A stretch of DNA of 62,956 nucleotides, counting the filler, from Octopus bimaculoides (taxonomy: Eukaryota): NCBI RefSeq assembly GCF_001194135.2. It is 5 parts of 4 records of this genome, joined end to end, with 100 filler letters (N's around TTAATTAATTAA, not from the genome) between each part and the next. Parts side by side here need not be neighbours in the genome. Positions count along the whole stretch, not along the records: positions 1 to 13,418 come from NC_068984.1; 4 more parts are not named here. One strand, given 5' to 3'. Both the position numbers and the translations under genes were made by a program. Position 1 is the stretch's first letter. Every line of letters begins with the position of its first letter. Shown here piece after piece: positions 1-12,643 of this stretch. The notes under the pieces are model-generated. The model was not told the origin of the DNA, did no database searches, and saw nothing but the letters and a program-made list of their open reading frames with translations.

Positions 1-415
1 TATATATAGTGGGACGAAGGTAGAGAAAGAGAGAGAGAGAGAGTCTCATATTCACTCCAGTAATCAAAATATCATACAAGCCACATAGCCACCCATACTT
101 CACAAAAAACAGAAACAATGAAACCAATATTTATCTAATATACATTAGTTTGTGTAAGTGTGGTTTTGAAGAGACTCTTCGTAATCTCATCTGAATTTTA
201 AACAATACAAATTTTATTTATTTAGTTACATTTTCCATTCATATATGTTTATTATCAGAATTTATTTGTTAGTTTATTTATTAGTGTATTATTTATTTAT
301 TGTTATGAGAGTAGATGTAATATTAAGTATTTTTAATGGCAGAACAGAAATACAATATTGTAATGTTATATCAACACACAAAAAATACAATATATNNNNN
401 NNNNNTATATATATA

Positions 416-1032
416 GGCACAGGCATGGCTGTGTGGTAAGAAGCTTGATTCCCAACGACATGGTTTCAGGTTCAGTCCCACTGCTTGACACCTTGGGCGA
501 ATGTCCTCTCTTAACCTTGGGTTGACCAATGCCTTGTGAGTGGACTTGGTTGACGGAAACTGAAACAAGCCCATTATATATGTGTGTGTGTGTTTGTGTG
601 TATATATATACATATATATATAAAAATTCAAGGAGTTCCTGCCTTAAAAACAGGAACTACACCAAAGTTATTTTGTGTTCTTTGCTACATTGGTTTCTAT
701 TAACCCATTTATTCTATCCGAAGAATTTTTATTCATTAAGATAGAAGAAATACATATAATTGAATATATATATATATATATATTTATTTGTGTGTGTGTG
801 TGTGTCTTTATGTCTTTGTTTATCCCCCACCATCACCATTAGACAACTGGTGCCGGTGTGTTGACGTCCCTGTAACATAGTACTTGGGCAAAAGAGACTG
901 ATAGAATAAGTACTAGGCTTAAAAAAATAAGTCCTGGTGGTTGATTTGTTCAACTAAAATCCTTCAAGGTGGTGCTACAGTATGGCCTCAATCAGATGAC
1001 TGAAACAAGTAAAATAATAAAAGAATGAATAA
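416..1032 (+). mobile_element. tRNA-derived SINE, family A (head 416-575, internal TA/TG microsatellites with a ~150-bp unique insert, body/tail 795-1032)
   Basis: Head GGCACAGGCATGGCTGTGTGGTAAG...GGTTCAGTCCC (Pol III A/B-box-like), CCTTGGGC(G/A)A motif, tail GGTGGTGCT.CAG.ATGGCC...TGACTGAAACAAGTAAAA, all shared with other copies in the window. Confidence 0.8.
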
Positions 1033-1076
1033 AAGAATATATGTATGCATATCTCAGCATATATACATTTCCTTAC

Positions 1077-1193
<117 letters not shown>

Positions 1194-1308
1194 TCAATAT
1201 ATGTTATATATGTATACATGTATATTATATATTATACATATATAATGTATGATATATATGTATGTATGTGTGTGTATGTATATATATATGTATGTATATA
1301 TGTATGTG

Positions 1309-1361
<53 letters not shown>

Positions 1362-2579
1362 TTACACATGCACACATACACACATGTCTGCGTATATGTA
1401 TATAATTAGCTAGGTAATTTATTAAGATCAGTGCTCACAGGCACTCACATGTATATGCACACACACACACGTGCACACATGCAGATAGATAGATAGATAG
1501 ATAGATTGTGAGATATNNNNNNNNNNNNNNNNNNNNNNNNNNNNNNNNNNNNNNNNNNNNNNNNNNNNNNNNNNNNNNNNNNNNNNNNNNNNNNNNNNNN
1601 NNNNNNNNNNNNNNNNNNNNNNNNNNNNNNNNNNNNNNNNNNNNNNNNNNNNNNNNNNNNNNNNNNNNNNNNNNNNNNNNNNNNNNNNNNNNNNNNNNNN
1701 NNNNNNNNNNNNNNNNNNNNNNNNNNNNNNNNNNNNNNNNNNNNNNNNNNNNNNNNNNNNNNNNNNNNNNNNNNNNNNNNNNNNNNNNNNNNNNNNNNNN
1801 NNNNNNNNNNNNNNNNNNNNNNNNNNNNNNNNNNNNNNNNNNNNNNNNNNNNNNNNNNNNNNNNNNNNNNNNNNNNNNNNNNNNNNNNNNNNNNNNNNNN
1901 NNNNNNNNNNNNNNNNNNNNNNNNNNNNNNNNNNNNNNNNNNNNNNNNNNNNNNNNNNNNNNNNNNNNNNNNNNNNNNNNNNNNNNNNNNNNNNNNNNNN
2001 NNNNNNNNNNNNNNNNNNNNNNNNNNNNNNNNNNNNNNNNNNNNNNNNNNNNNNNNNNNNNNNNNNNNNNNNNNNNNNNNNNNNNNNNNNNNNNNNNNNN
2101 NNNNNNNNNNNNNNNNNNNNNNNNNNNNNNNNNNNNNNNNNNNNNNNNNNNNNNNNNNNNNNNNNNNNNNNNNNNNNNNNNNNNNNNNNNNNNNNNNNNN
2201 NNNNNNNNNNNNNNNNNNNNNNNNNNNNNNNNNNNNNNNNNNNNNNNNNNNNNNNNNTATATGTATATATATACACACATACATAAACACATAGATATAC
2301 ATTGTTTGTATATGTATGTGTACATATAAAGTATATATAATGTATATATGTGTTTTATATAACGCACACAAGCATATATAAATACACAAATAGGACAAAC
2401 TTATACATATTGTAATTCATACACAAATGCACACACACACATGTTATACATCAATATATATGTAGCGTATGTATTTACATCATGTTATACATTTATGTAT
2501 ATCATTTATTATATACATGTAACATTTTATATCACATCTGTATGTATGAATACATATATATAAATCTATGAATATATTC

Positions 2580-2635
<56 letters not shown>

Positions 2636-3608
2636 GGAAACAAAAGAAAGTACTTTTCTTTTATATTTTCTGGGTATTTTTATTTGGCGCGATTGGCTTT
2701 ATTGCGCTGAACCGCAGCAAAGATTGTTTGTAGATCTATGGTGTAGAAGAACAGTAATAAATATATTTATAAAATATTAAATAAATATGAAGGAAAGGAA
2801 CCAGATGGTCTCTGTTGTAAATATCCTTTGTCAACGATTGAAGAATTCCTTTTTACAGCTTAATTATTTAGATTGTAGGTTGAGAAGAAAGAATTCTTCA
2901 TACCCTCCTATCTAAATACATGTGCATAAATGCAAGCATGCACATACAGGCTTGCACACACACACACACACATACAAACAAGTGTGTGCATACACACACT
3001 CACGCTCTTTGCACATCACATATGTCTGTATATATAGCTGCTTGTTAATGTTCTTAGGTGATAAATTTATATGTTTATTATGCATTCTTGTATCCATGAT
3101 GGTATGTATGCATGTATTTGTGTATGCACATATACATACATACATGTGTGTGTGCGCGCAAGAGTATGTGTGTGTTTGTATATGTATGTAAGTGTATTTG
3201 CACACACACACACACACACACAAACACGCACATATTATAGAAGTGTTTTTGTCTATGTATGTTTGTATTTCATAAGGCTTTAAAAAGATTCAAGATGCAA
3301 TCACTTCATTGTTTAAACATATAGCTTATTGGCAATTTTTCCTTCTTCTTCATTTTCATAGCAACAACATTTAATGATGTATAATTAATTATTCCTTAAT
3401 AACAATGCTTCTTTATATCAATGCAGCAATAACGATTTCTTTTGATTAGGGTCAAGGCTATTATTTTTGTAGGGGAGATGGGTTACTTCTAGTGTATTGT
3501 TTAACAGTGCAAGTGCTGTATTCTGTTGGCAACTCTGCTGCAAATGAAGAAACGGTACCTTCATCTCAATGAAATTTGATCTCAGAAACATAATAAAATA
3601 CATTTAGT

Positions 3609-3856
3609 TTAACCCTTTTGATACTGATGTGCCTGAGAGCACCCCTAGTTCTATGATATACAACCATTGGTTCTGAAGAGTTTTTATTGCAATTTAAGCC
3701 TTCCATCATAATGTTATGTAAGAACTGTTTATGAAATTATGTTTCAGACCTCAGCTTAATGGAGAAGTTTGTTATTCCATGAAATGTTTTTGTAATATTC
3801 TTATTCTCAAAAACAACTGATGTTTTTTTATTAAAATTATGGTCACAGAAAGGTTT
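3609..3856. mobile_element. Possible degenerate piggyBac-type non-autonomous element
   Basis: Left end TTAA-CCCTTTTGATAC; right end GGTCACAGAAAGGTT only loosely matches the expected inverted end. Confidence 0.3.
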
Positions 3857-3985
3857 TCTTGATCACATGGTTCCAGTTTTAGCCCCAATGTGTGACACTT
3901 TGGATAAGTGTCTTCTACTATAGCCTCATGCTGACCAAAGCTTTGTGAGTGGATTCGGTTGATGGAAACTGAAAGAAGCCCATCA
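3856..3985 (+). mobile_element. SINE family A head fragment
   Basis: CACATGGTTCC...GTGTCTTCTACTATAGCC...GTGAGTGGATT...GGAAACTGAAAGAAGCCC matches family A head. Confidence 0.8.
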
Positions 3986-4052
3986 AAGTAGGTATATGCA
4001 ATAAAAAGTTAAAAAAGGTGCTGGATAGCATCTATATTGCTAGAAATAATAG

Positions 4053-4501
4053 TACATGAGAATGTGCTTTCTTACAGCTCTGAGGGATTTTAACTCTTAT
4101 TTCTAGCAATACAAGTACTACCCAGCACCCTCATTCACAATGAGTGACAACTGAATTTTTCATTTTTGGTTTTATATTGCATTTGGCTGCCTTTGTTATT
4201 TTATAATTTTCACATTAGCATTTTGCTGAAGCAGCCATGAATTCATATGGTAAATATATATATATATTGTCATTCAGGATTTAGCCAAACTATTCAGTGA
4301 TGGAGTAGTCACTACTGACGAGCTTGTAATTCTCAAGTGAAACTAGTCTAATATAATGATCTAGTTTTGCTGTGGGGCAGTTATCTCCCCTGTCAGTATA
4401 TGAAAATGTGCTTTCTTGTGGTTTGAAGGGTTTTTAACACTTATTTCTAGCAATATAAATGCTCCCTAGCACCCTCTGTCATTATCAGTGACAACTGAAT
4501 T
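4053..4501 (+). repeat. Diverged ~105-bp direct repeat pair (4053-4157 and 4397-4501)
   Basis: Shared AATGTGCTTTCTT...CTTATTTCTAGCAATA.AA...AGCACCCTC...AGTGACAACTGAATT. Confidence 0.85.
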
Positions 4502-4526
4502 ATATATATATATATATAATGTACAT

Positions 4527-4753
4527 GTGTGTGCATCTTTGTGTCTGTGTCCCCCCCGCCACCTCTTGACAACTAGTCTTAGTATGTTTATGTCCCTGTG
4601 ACATAGTGGTTTGGCAAATGGGACTGATAAAATAAGTACTAGGCTTTAAAAAAAAAGTACTAGGGTTGATTCTTTCAACTAAAGTTCTTCAACATGGTGC
4701 CCCAGCATGGCCACTATCTAACGACTTAAGCAAATAAAAGACTAAAGATAAAA
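4527..4753 (+). mobile_element. SINE family A body/tail fragment
   Basis: CTTGACAAC...GATAAAATAAGTACTAGGC...GGTGCCCCAGCATGGCC. Confidence 0.85.
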
Positions 4754-4979
4754 GGTATTGATTTCAGTTTGTGTATGAGTTGTCATATAGTGTTTTATTC
4801 AGTTCACTAGAAGTGAAGTCACCAATGCTGCTAGCTTTTGATTCCTTGTTGAGTTATTGCTGACTAGTCAGTCTCAGGTCAGTCTGATTGAGCTCATGTA
4901 TGGAGCAATGGTAATCCAAATTTTGATTCGTAGACCAGCTCACTGCTGTAAATGTCTAATATTCAGTGCTACTGGGTCA

Positions 4980-5119
4980 CTGCCTTCTCAACTGTTTTGG
5001 GTGCTGTCCTACTGTGCAGCACCTTGTGAAGGCATCATCTACTATAGCCTTGAGATGACCAACACTTTGTGAGTGAATATGGCTAACAGAAACTGTACAA
5101 CAGACTATCATATGTATAC

Positions 5120-5162
<43 letters not shown>

Positions 5163-5187
5163 TACACACACACACACACACATTATA

Positions 5188-5234
<47 letters not shown>

Positions 5235-5693
5235 CTTATCAATATATATAGGCACAGGAGTGGGTGTGTGGTAAGTAGCTTGCTTACAAACCATGTGGTT
5301 CCGGGTTCAGTCCCACAGCATGGCACCTTGGGCAAGTATCTTCTGCTATAGCATTGGGCCGACCAAGCCTTGTCAGTGAATTTGGTCGACAGAAACTGAA
5401 AGAAGCCAGTCATGTATATGTGTGTGTGTGTGTATGTGTGTGTGTGTATGTGTGTGTGTATGTGTGTGTGTGTGTGTGTGTATGTGTGTGTGTGTATGTG
5501 TGTGTGTTTGTCCCCCATCATCGCTTGACAACCGATGTTAGTGTGTTTATGTCCCTGTAACTTAGTGGTTTGGCATAAGAGACTGATAGAATAAGTACTA
5601 GGCTTACAAAGAACAAGTCCTGGGGTCAATTTGTTCGACTAAAGGTGGTGCTCCAGCATGGCTGCAGTCAAGTGACTGAAACAAGTAAAAGAG

Positions 5694-5727
<34 letters not shown>

Positions 5728-5820
5728 CTTACAAATACATGTATGTATATATGAGGTGTGTGTCTTTGTGTTATGTTTGTCCTCCCACCACTTAACAACC
5801 AGTATTGGTTTGTTTACCGT
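4980..5820 (+). mobile_element. Older SINE family A copy (head 4980-5108, truncated body 5755-5820) interrupted by a younger copy
   Basis: Degenerate head ends AACAGAAACTGTACAACAGAC, then TA/TG tract; the body GTTTGTCCTCCCACCACTTAACAACC resumes after the inner copy. Confidence 0.65.
5251..5694 (+). mobile_element. Complete SINE family A copy with internal (TG)n
   Basis: GGCACAGGAGTGGGTGTGTGGTAAG head, internal TG/TATG tract ~5417-5508, tail to GAAACAAGTAAAAGAG; TA runs on both sides. Confidence 0.92.
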
Positions 5821-6504
5821 TGTAGAACCAAGAATAATGACAAGCCAACAAGAGATTGTTAACTTGCTAAAATTTGCTGTTTAGATCACACTTGACTGCC
5901 TTAAAAATGAACTCATCAGATAATTTATTTTAGATATAGTGTTGATACACTGTATCTGAAATATAAATTGGAATGATCATGGCTGCTTTAACTTTGATAG
6001 TACAGGCTGTTCAGGCTAAATTTCACATTTGGGAGAATTAGGGGACCAGAAATTGGTGCTGGCAAAGTCATTGAAATTCTCAAACAACCACTTTTGACTT
6101 TTTCCAGAGATATGAGTAAGGAGCTGAATCCTGCTACCACACATATGGCTTTCTAACCTGCAACTCCCTCCAGCCAGAGATTGACCAGTCTCCAGCAACT
6201 TCACATAGCAATATGAATTGAGCCTAAGGCCCTAATCATCAGTTGTTGGATGTATCCTGGTGTGTGGATGCAGTCAGAATGTCTGCTATGTCCGTGGCTT
6301 CATAGACTCTGTTGCAGCTGTCCATGTCATGTCTTACAACCTTTACAGCATTCACATAGCATTGAGCAACAGTGATGATGTTGGCATTTTGATACCCAGC
6401 ATGAATCTAATGATTCAGCTAACTCCTAACTCTATGTCAGCTAGCTTTTTCTCAAAGGCAGTTTTAATCTTTATCCTCCCCAATACCATTACATCAAGCT
6501 GTTC
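5818..6504 (-). mobile_element. Ancient RTE-clade LINE AP-endonuclease relic
   Basis: Frame-hopping translation gives ordered APE-like motifs: WY.G.., NIITVAQCY, AGDW, WLFENFNDFASTN, KINYLM..RQSSV; many stops and frameshifts. Confidence 0.5.
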
Positions 6505-6754
6505 CTGAAAAAAAGGAAACAAAAAATCATCAAATTTATCTTGAGCACCCTGTAGGTCTGTCCGATCACAACTGCTCTAAGGTTAAGCAACAATAACAAG
6601 TACAACAACAATAACAATAACATCACCACCAACAACACACCATCACCAAGTTGCTGTTATTTGAAGTAAATAGTAAATGGATAAAGATGAATATTTTATT
6701 GCACACAGATGTAAATAATAAAATAGTAAAACATGGGATCTTATCTACAAAATT

Positions 6755-7137
6755 GTTGACACTCCGTCGCTTGCAACGTCGAGGGTTCCAGTTGATCCGA
6801 TCAACGGAACAGCCTGCTCATGAAATTAACGTGCAAGTGGCTTAGCACTCCACAGACACTTGTACCCCTAACGTAGTTCTCGGAGATATTCAGCGTGACA
6901 CAGTGTGACAAGGCTGACCCTTTGAATTACAGGCACAACAGAAACAGGAAGTAAGAGTGAGAGAAAGTTGTGGTGAAAGAGTACAGCTGGGTTCGCCACC
7001 ATTCCCTGCCGGAGCCTCATGGAGCTTTAGGTGTTTTTGCTCAATAAACACTCACAACGCCTGGTCTGGGAATTGAAACCGCGATCCTATGGCCACGAGT
7101 CCTCTGCCCTAACCACTGGGCTATTGCGCGCCTCCAC
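6755..7137 (-). mobile_element. tRNA-derived SINE family B, full length, 11-bp TSD
   Basis: Reverse complement of the copy at 47315-47702; TSD TCTACAAAATT at 6744-6754 and 7138-7148. Confidence 0.95.
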
Positions 7138-7413
7138 TCTACAAAATTACATATGAGAAAAAGACATGATATCAAGGGAAGTTATGCAAAGTGAGATGTG
7201 GTAAAAAAAGCCATTGTATGAGTAGTGTGATAGATATACGATGTGGGAGGAAGTTAAATGTAGAGTAGGGTTTGATTAAGTAGTAGCAAAATACAAAGGT
7301 GAATTGAAATGGGGAAGGCCACATTGGTGAGATAGGAAATAAGAGTGAAATTTGGGCATGGATGTGTGGAGGGAACAAAGTAACAACAAAGGGATATCTG
7401 CACATTAATATGA

Positions 7414-7441
7414 CTGAAGAAGGACAAGCGTCCAAAACATT
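7414..7441 (+). ncRNA. Degenerate minimal hammerhead-ribozyme-like core (Penelope-like end)
   Basis: CTGAAGA-A-GGAC-AAGC-GTCC-AAAA-CATT; G12 of GAAA mutated to A. Confidence 0.4.
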
Positions 7442-7901
7442 TAAACTTTTCTTCTTTATTTGAACTATTTCTATTTCTGCTATCGCAGAACATCATCAGT
7501 TTCCTTGGATTCTACCATTTTACTACTCTAAATATAATCAATTACTTGATCTTATGTGATCAGTAGGTGATTAGTTCAGCTGATATTACCCCACCCAGCC
7601 ACACAAAAAATAAAAACTCCACCTACAGCTAAGGTAATGAAAACAATATGACTTGTTCTGAAATACATATATAAACACACACACACCTCTACTCTCTTAT
7701 ATAGAGACAAAAAGAAAAATATCTATCCCCCACACATACACAATAAATAGTTGATTGCTTGATCTTACCTAGTCAGAGTTATCTATCAGTAGGTGGTCAG
7801 TCTCACTGACCTTTTCCTCAGAAAATCCCCTGCTGCCTATATCTGACATCTAGGAGAACTGAGGCAGAATACAATAAAGTATTTTGCCTAGAAACACACT
7901 C

Positions 7902-7969
<68 letters not shown>

Positions 7970-8258
7970 ACAAATGCACAAACACTTGCAAACACACATA
8001 AACACATACTTGCACATGCACTCTTACACACACACAAACACCAAATATTATGAATCCAGATGTGTGTAAGTGAGTTATGTGTTTATGTATGTGTTCAGAA
8101 ACAGAAAGAGGAAAAGAGAGGAAGATTGAAGGGGAGAGAGAGAGAGAGAGAGAGATAGAGAGATAAAGAGTAATTGTTAAGTGTAGTGAGTTGAAGGTAA
8201 TGAGAAGACAAAATGAGAGACAGAGTGGGTAGTGACAGTAGAACATTTACAGTTATGG

Positions 8259-8262
<4 letters not shown>

Positions 8263-8324
<62 letters not shown>

Positions 8325-8392
8325 NNNNNNNNNNNNNNNNNNNNNNNNNNNNNNNNNNNNNNNNNNNNNNNNNNNNNNNNNNNNNNNNNNNN

Positions 8393-8446
<54 letters not shown>
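8263..8446. repeat. (AG)n microsatellite spanning a gap
   Basis: AG runs on both sides of an N run. Confidence 0.95.
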
Positions 8447-8449
<3 letters not shown>

Positions 8450-8994
8450 AGATGCTGTAGACACCACAGTATTCAAACTATAAAATGGACAGAGCAGAAG
8501 ACAAAACAGATCATATGACCAGAAGACAAGAGAAGGAAAATGCAGCAAGTTAGTTTCTTTTATCTGATGCTTGGTTTTTATGGCACTTCATAATTTTATT
8601 AGAGTTGTGGCAAACATTGAACAAATTTAAAAAAAAAAATTATTATAGTTGGGAAATAAAATGAGAAACGGGGCATAAATTAAATATTTATTTATTCCGC
8701 ACACATGTACAATGATAACTTGAGAGTCAGTAGCTTGACTTTCTATGATCATTTATTGCTATCAATGGAAGATTGACCTAACTGACAACTCCAGAGAAAA
8801 ATTCATCTGAAACATATTTGTTTTTGTTGTTGTTGCTGTTTAACCCATGGTTAGTCCTGATTGAGCAGAACTATGACTCAAAAGTCTTTCAGCTGTGATT
8901 ATCCTGTTTTTTTTTTTTCCTTATGCATATTTAGTTCTACCTGTTCAATGGACTTTTCATTTTAAAACTCTAGCAAATGAAAGCAGCAAATGAA

Positions 8995-9215
8995 AGCAGC
9001 TGTTAGAGTGTTGGACAAAGTGTCTTCTGGTGTTTGTTCTGACTCTTTATGGTTTGAGTTCAGATCTGCTGAAGTCAACTTTGCCTTTCGTCCTTCTATG
9101 GTTGATAAAATAAAATTCAAGTGCAGAGCTGTGGACTGACAGAATTGTTAGTGCAGGACAAATGTTTTGCAGTATTTGTTCTGACTCTTTATAGTCTGAA
9201 TGCCCTGGCTGATAT
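8995..9215 (+). mobile_element. SINE family C, two degenerate tandem head fragments
   Basis: GTTAG.G...GGACAAA...TGTTCTGACTCTTTA occurs twice; GTCAACTTTGCCTTTCGTCCTTC central motif. Confidence 0.65.
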
Positions 9216-9251
9216 GGTAAACTTGTCTATATCTAGCTAACAGTATTGTTG

Positions 9252-9565
9252 TCATCGTCATCATTGTCATCACCATCCTTATCATTTAATGTTTGTTTTC
9301 CATGCTGGTATGGGTTAGATAGTTTGACTGGAGCTGGTAAGCCAGAGAGCTGCACCAGGTGCCAGTCTATTTTGGCTTGGTTTCTACAACCGGATGCCCT
9401 TCCTAACACCAACCATTCTACAGAGTGTACTGGGTGTCTTTTACGTGTCACCAGCACAGGTGCCTTTAACATGCATCTTTTATGTACCACTGGCATGTGT
9501 TACCAGCATGTGTGCCTTTTATGTATCATTGGCACAGGTGCTTTTCCTATGTCACTGACACTGAC
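9252..9565 (-). mobile_element. RTE-type retroposon 3' end with (GAT)n-like tail
   Basis: On minus: TTGGTGTTAGGAAGGGCATCCGGTTGTAGAAAC...CCATACCAGCATGGAAAACAAACATTAAATGAT..; matches 49280-49492; internal GTGCCTTTTA.GTG.CAC..GCA repeats. Confidence 0.8.
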
Positions 9566-10197
9566 CACAACCACAATATCACTTAGCTTAACATGTTGTC
9601 TTGTAAAAAACAAGAAAACAAAAAGAAAAAAAACCCTCAAAAGAAGGCAATAAGAAACTATCTCTATGCTTATGAACTCTCCTTGACAAACACATGGTGT
9701 TTGTCAAAGAAATCATTCAGGGCCATTTATGACCTGACTGTGTAGAAAAAAAGTTATGAGCAGAGTAGATTTACTTTGGCTGTAATTTCTGGCAGGTCAA
9801 GTAAGCATATAGGAGCTCTCTCATCAGTTCGCTAAGAAACTATTTTTGAAAGCTAATTAAACTGTTTCCTTACTGTATCATATAGTCAGGGAAGGGGAAA
9901 AATAGTGCCCTTGCCTTTTTATTTTTTCAAGGGCTGGTGGAAGGAAAGGAAGAAGATGTTCTCAAACTGAAGATCTCACCTTCATGCTTGCATTGAAGTG
10001 AACTCTGCTAAAGACCCCTAAATGACCAGGTGGTGGGGTTAACTAAGTAAAGGATCAAATCTCACCTAAAAGCTCAGAATGCAAAGAGCCTAAACAATTT
10101 ACAAGTAAGGCACTTCAACAAAAATGCTAATGATCCTTGCATCCACTGTCTTGGATGGATATTTTCTTTTAAGAACTCCGAAAGAATCAAAAGTAAA

Positions 10198-10427
10198 GGC
10201 GTCGAGCTGGCAGAAACGTTAGCACGCCAGACGAAATGCTTAACGGTATTTCGTCTGCTGCTACGTTCTGAGTTCAAATTCCACCAAGGTCGACTTTGCC
10301 TTTCATCCTTTCAGGGTCGATTAAATAAGTACCAGTTATGCACTGGGGTCGATATAATTGACTTAATTTGTTTGTCTATCTTTGTTTGTCCCCTCTCTGT
10401 GTAGCCCCTTGTGGGCAGTGAAGAAAT
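10198..10427 (+). mobile_element. SINE family C, full length, 16-bp TSD
   Basis: GGCGTCGAGCTGGCAGAAACGTTAG...GAGTTCAAATTCC...GACTTTGCCTTTCATCCTTTCAGGGTCGATTAAATAAGTACC; TSD AAGAATCAAAAGTAAA at 10182-10197 and 10428-10443. Confidence 0.95.
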
Positions 10428-10870
10428 AAGAATCAAAAGTAAAATAGACCTTGGTGAGATTTGAACTCAGAGCACAGAGTACACACAGCATAATGAATAC
10501 TACAAGGTATTTTTTTATTTATGATCTGATGCCTCTCTTAATTTGTCGCTTGCTAGATGAACAATAATGTCTAAAATATTGTTTCTGCTTGAAAATTAAA
10601 ATAAAATAATGAAATAAATACTGGCAGTGACTTTGAGCTTATGATCTGCAGGAATATAATTCAGTATCTTACAGCAGTCACCACTTTACTACATTCTCAT
10701 TTATGCGCATTTGCAGAAACATGTGCATCCCTTCAATACTCATGCATACATGCATGCACACAATCAGTGACATGCATACACATACTCCACTTGCATGCAC
10801 ATGCATGCACACACACATTCATGTACTTGTACACATGTACGCAGACGTGTGTGTGCATGCACCCGCACAA

Positions 10871-10905
<35 letters not shown>

Positions 10906-11905
10906 TCTCCTCTTCACAGAGCTAACAAGAAGAACAACACACTTGGCTATTTCATTTCTACATTGTTTGAATTTAAATGAATTCATTTTCTTCATTTCAA
11001 TGGAGCCCACATTTTGTTTTATATCATTATATTTTTTGAAACCTTCTGATTTTAATCATTCTTCTCATTAGCTCTGTGTGTGTGTATGTGTCATACGACA
11101 TGGTAGTGTTAGTATATATAATTAGCTCTCTGAGTATTCTTATGGATGTGGCTGTATAGTGTTTCTTGGTGATGGTTACAACACTACCTACACCACAACC
11201 ATATTGATCTATCATTATGTGGTCCAGATGTAATAATCAACTTTAGTGATGTTTGCCTGTTGTGTTTTTATTCCCTGTTTTTGTTTCTTTTTTTTTTCTT
11301 GGTGTCTTGTATAATTTCTGACTTAACAAGCAATCATATTACTGAATTATGGAACTCAGTTGTGCGAGGTCTGTTTTAAACAGTAACATTATCGGGGTCA
11401 GTTGAGTATAAGAAGCTGTTTCATATGTTCATATATTTTTGCCCAATTACTTAATCACATAACTGATTTTGCGTTGTGAAAATTTGATTTAGTTAATATA
11501 AACATCAACAACACAAATTTTTGTGACTTGAATTTTTATGATTAACTGTTTTTTTCTTTTTTTTTTGGTAATTTTATTTTATTGCAATTTAAAAAAAAAA
11601 TTTTTTTTTCATTTCCAATAGAATTTAATAATTTCGATAGACTGGTGCAAACAGAGACAAAAAAAAAAAAAGAATAAAAAATTAAAAAGGATCTGAAAAT
11701 ATGACAAAAAACGAAAATTTGTAGAAGAATGAAAGGCTGTAAAAAAAAAAAAAAAGAAAACAATAGAAAACAAAACAAAAGAAAGAGAAAATGTTTTAAA
11801 ATTGTTTTCTTCATTTTATTGGAGAATAAATAAATATATTGGCAATAGTTCTGAAGAAAATTTTCTGTCACAATGTATTTCTCTTTTACATAAACATTCA
11901 GGCAC

Positions 11906-11957
<52 letters not shown>

Positions 11958-12643
11958 TATGCAAGTACCTAAGTATAAGCAGGAAGGAGAAAAAAGAGTA
12001 CTCACTATTAAAATTAAAGAGGAATATCAAGTTTACTGAAAACTGAAAACTTCACAAATCATTACTCCTAGTTTCATGCTTCTGATTTTGGGATGAAAAT
12101 GTGTGTATATGTATGTGTGCGCGTGTGTATATGTGTGTGTGTGTGTGCTTGTGTGTATGTGTTTGTATAGATAAATGGCTGTATGCTCTTGCTTGATGGG
12201 GCTGGGGTCATTCCAAGTTAGTGGTCTCAGAGGCATCACCAGGCATATATATATATATATATATATATATACTCCAAGAGAGTTAGGGGCTGAGGATCCA
12301 ACCTACTAAGGGATAGTATCTATCCAATATACTGCTGGGAGGGTACCCAATTATTGTTACACTAGTGTTATACCAAATGCAATAAGTGGGTGCGGGTAAA
12401 AGGGGGTTATCTTATGGGGGTTATTTTACCCTAAATTTATATAGCAATAAGAAAATGGAGAGGAATATGAGGTACCCATCAACTTGCAGACACTGTATTC
12501 CGTTGATTAATCTGTTTATCTTATAACTAAATTGACAAAAAACACAATATACAGACGCTTATGACATACCATGTCATACTTTTTTTTTTATCCAAAGATC
12601 CTTTTAATCCAATATTTACATGCTATTATTTATGGCAATATTT

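Noticed and set aside
9683-9708. 11-bp perfect inverted repeat TTGACAAACAC/GTGTTTGTCAA
   Set aside because: Too short to distinguish from chance in 63 kb of AT-rich DNA
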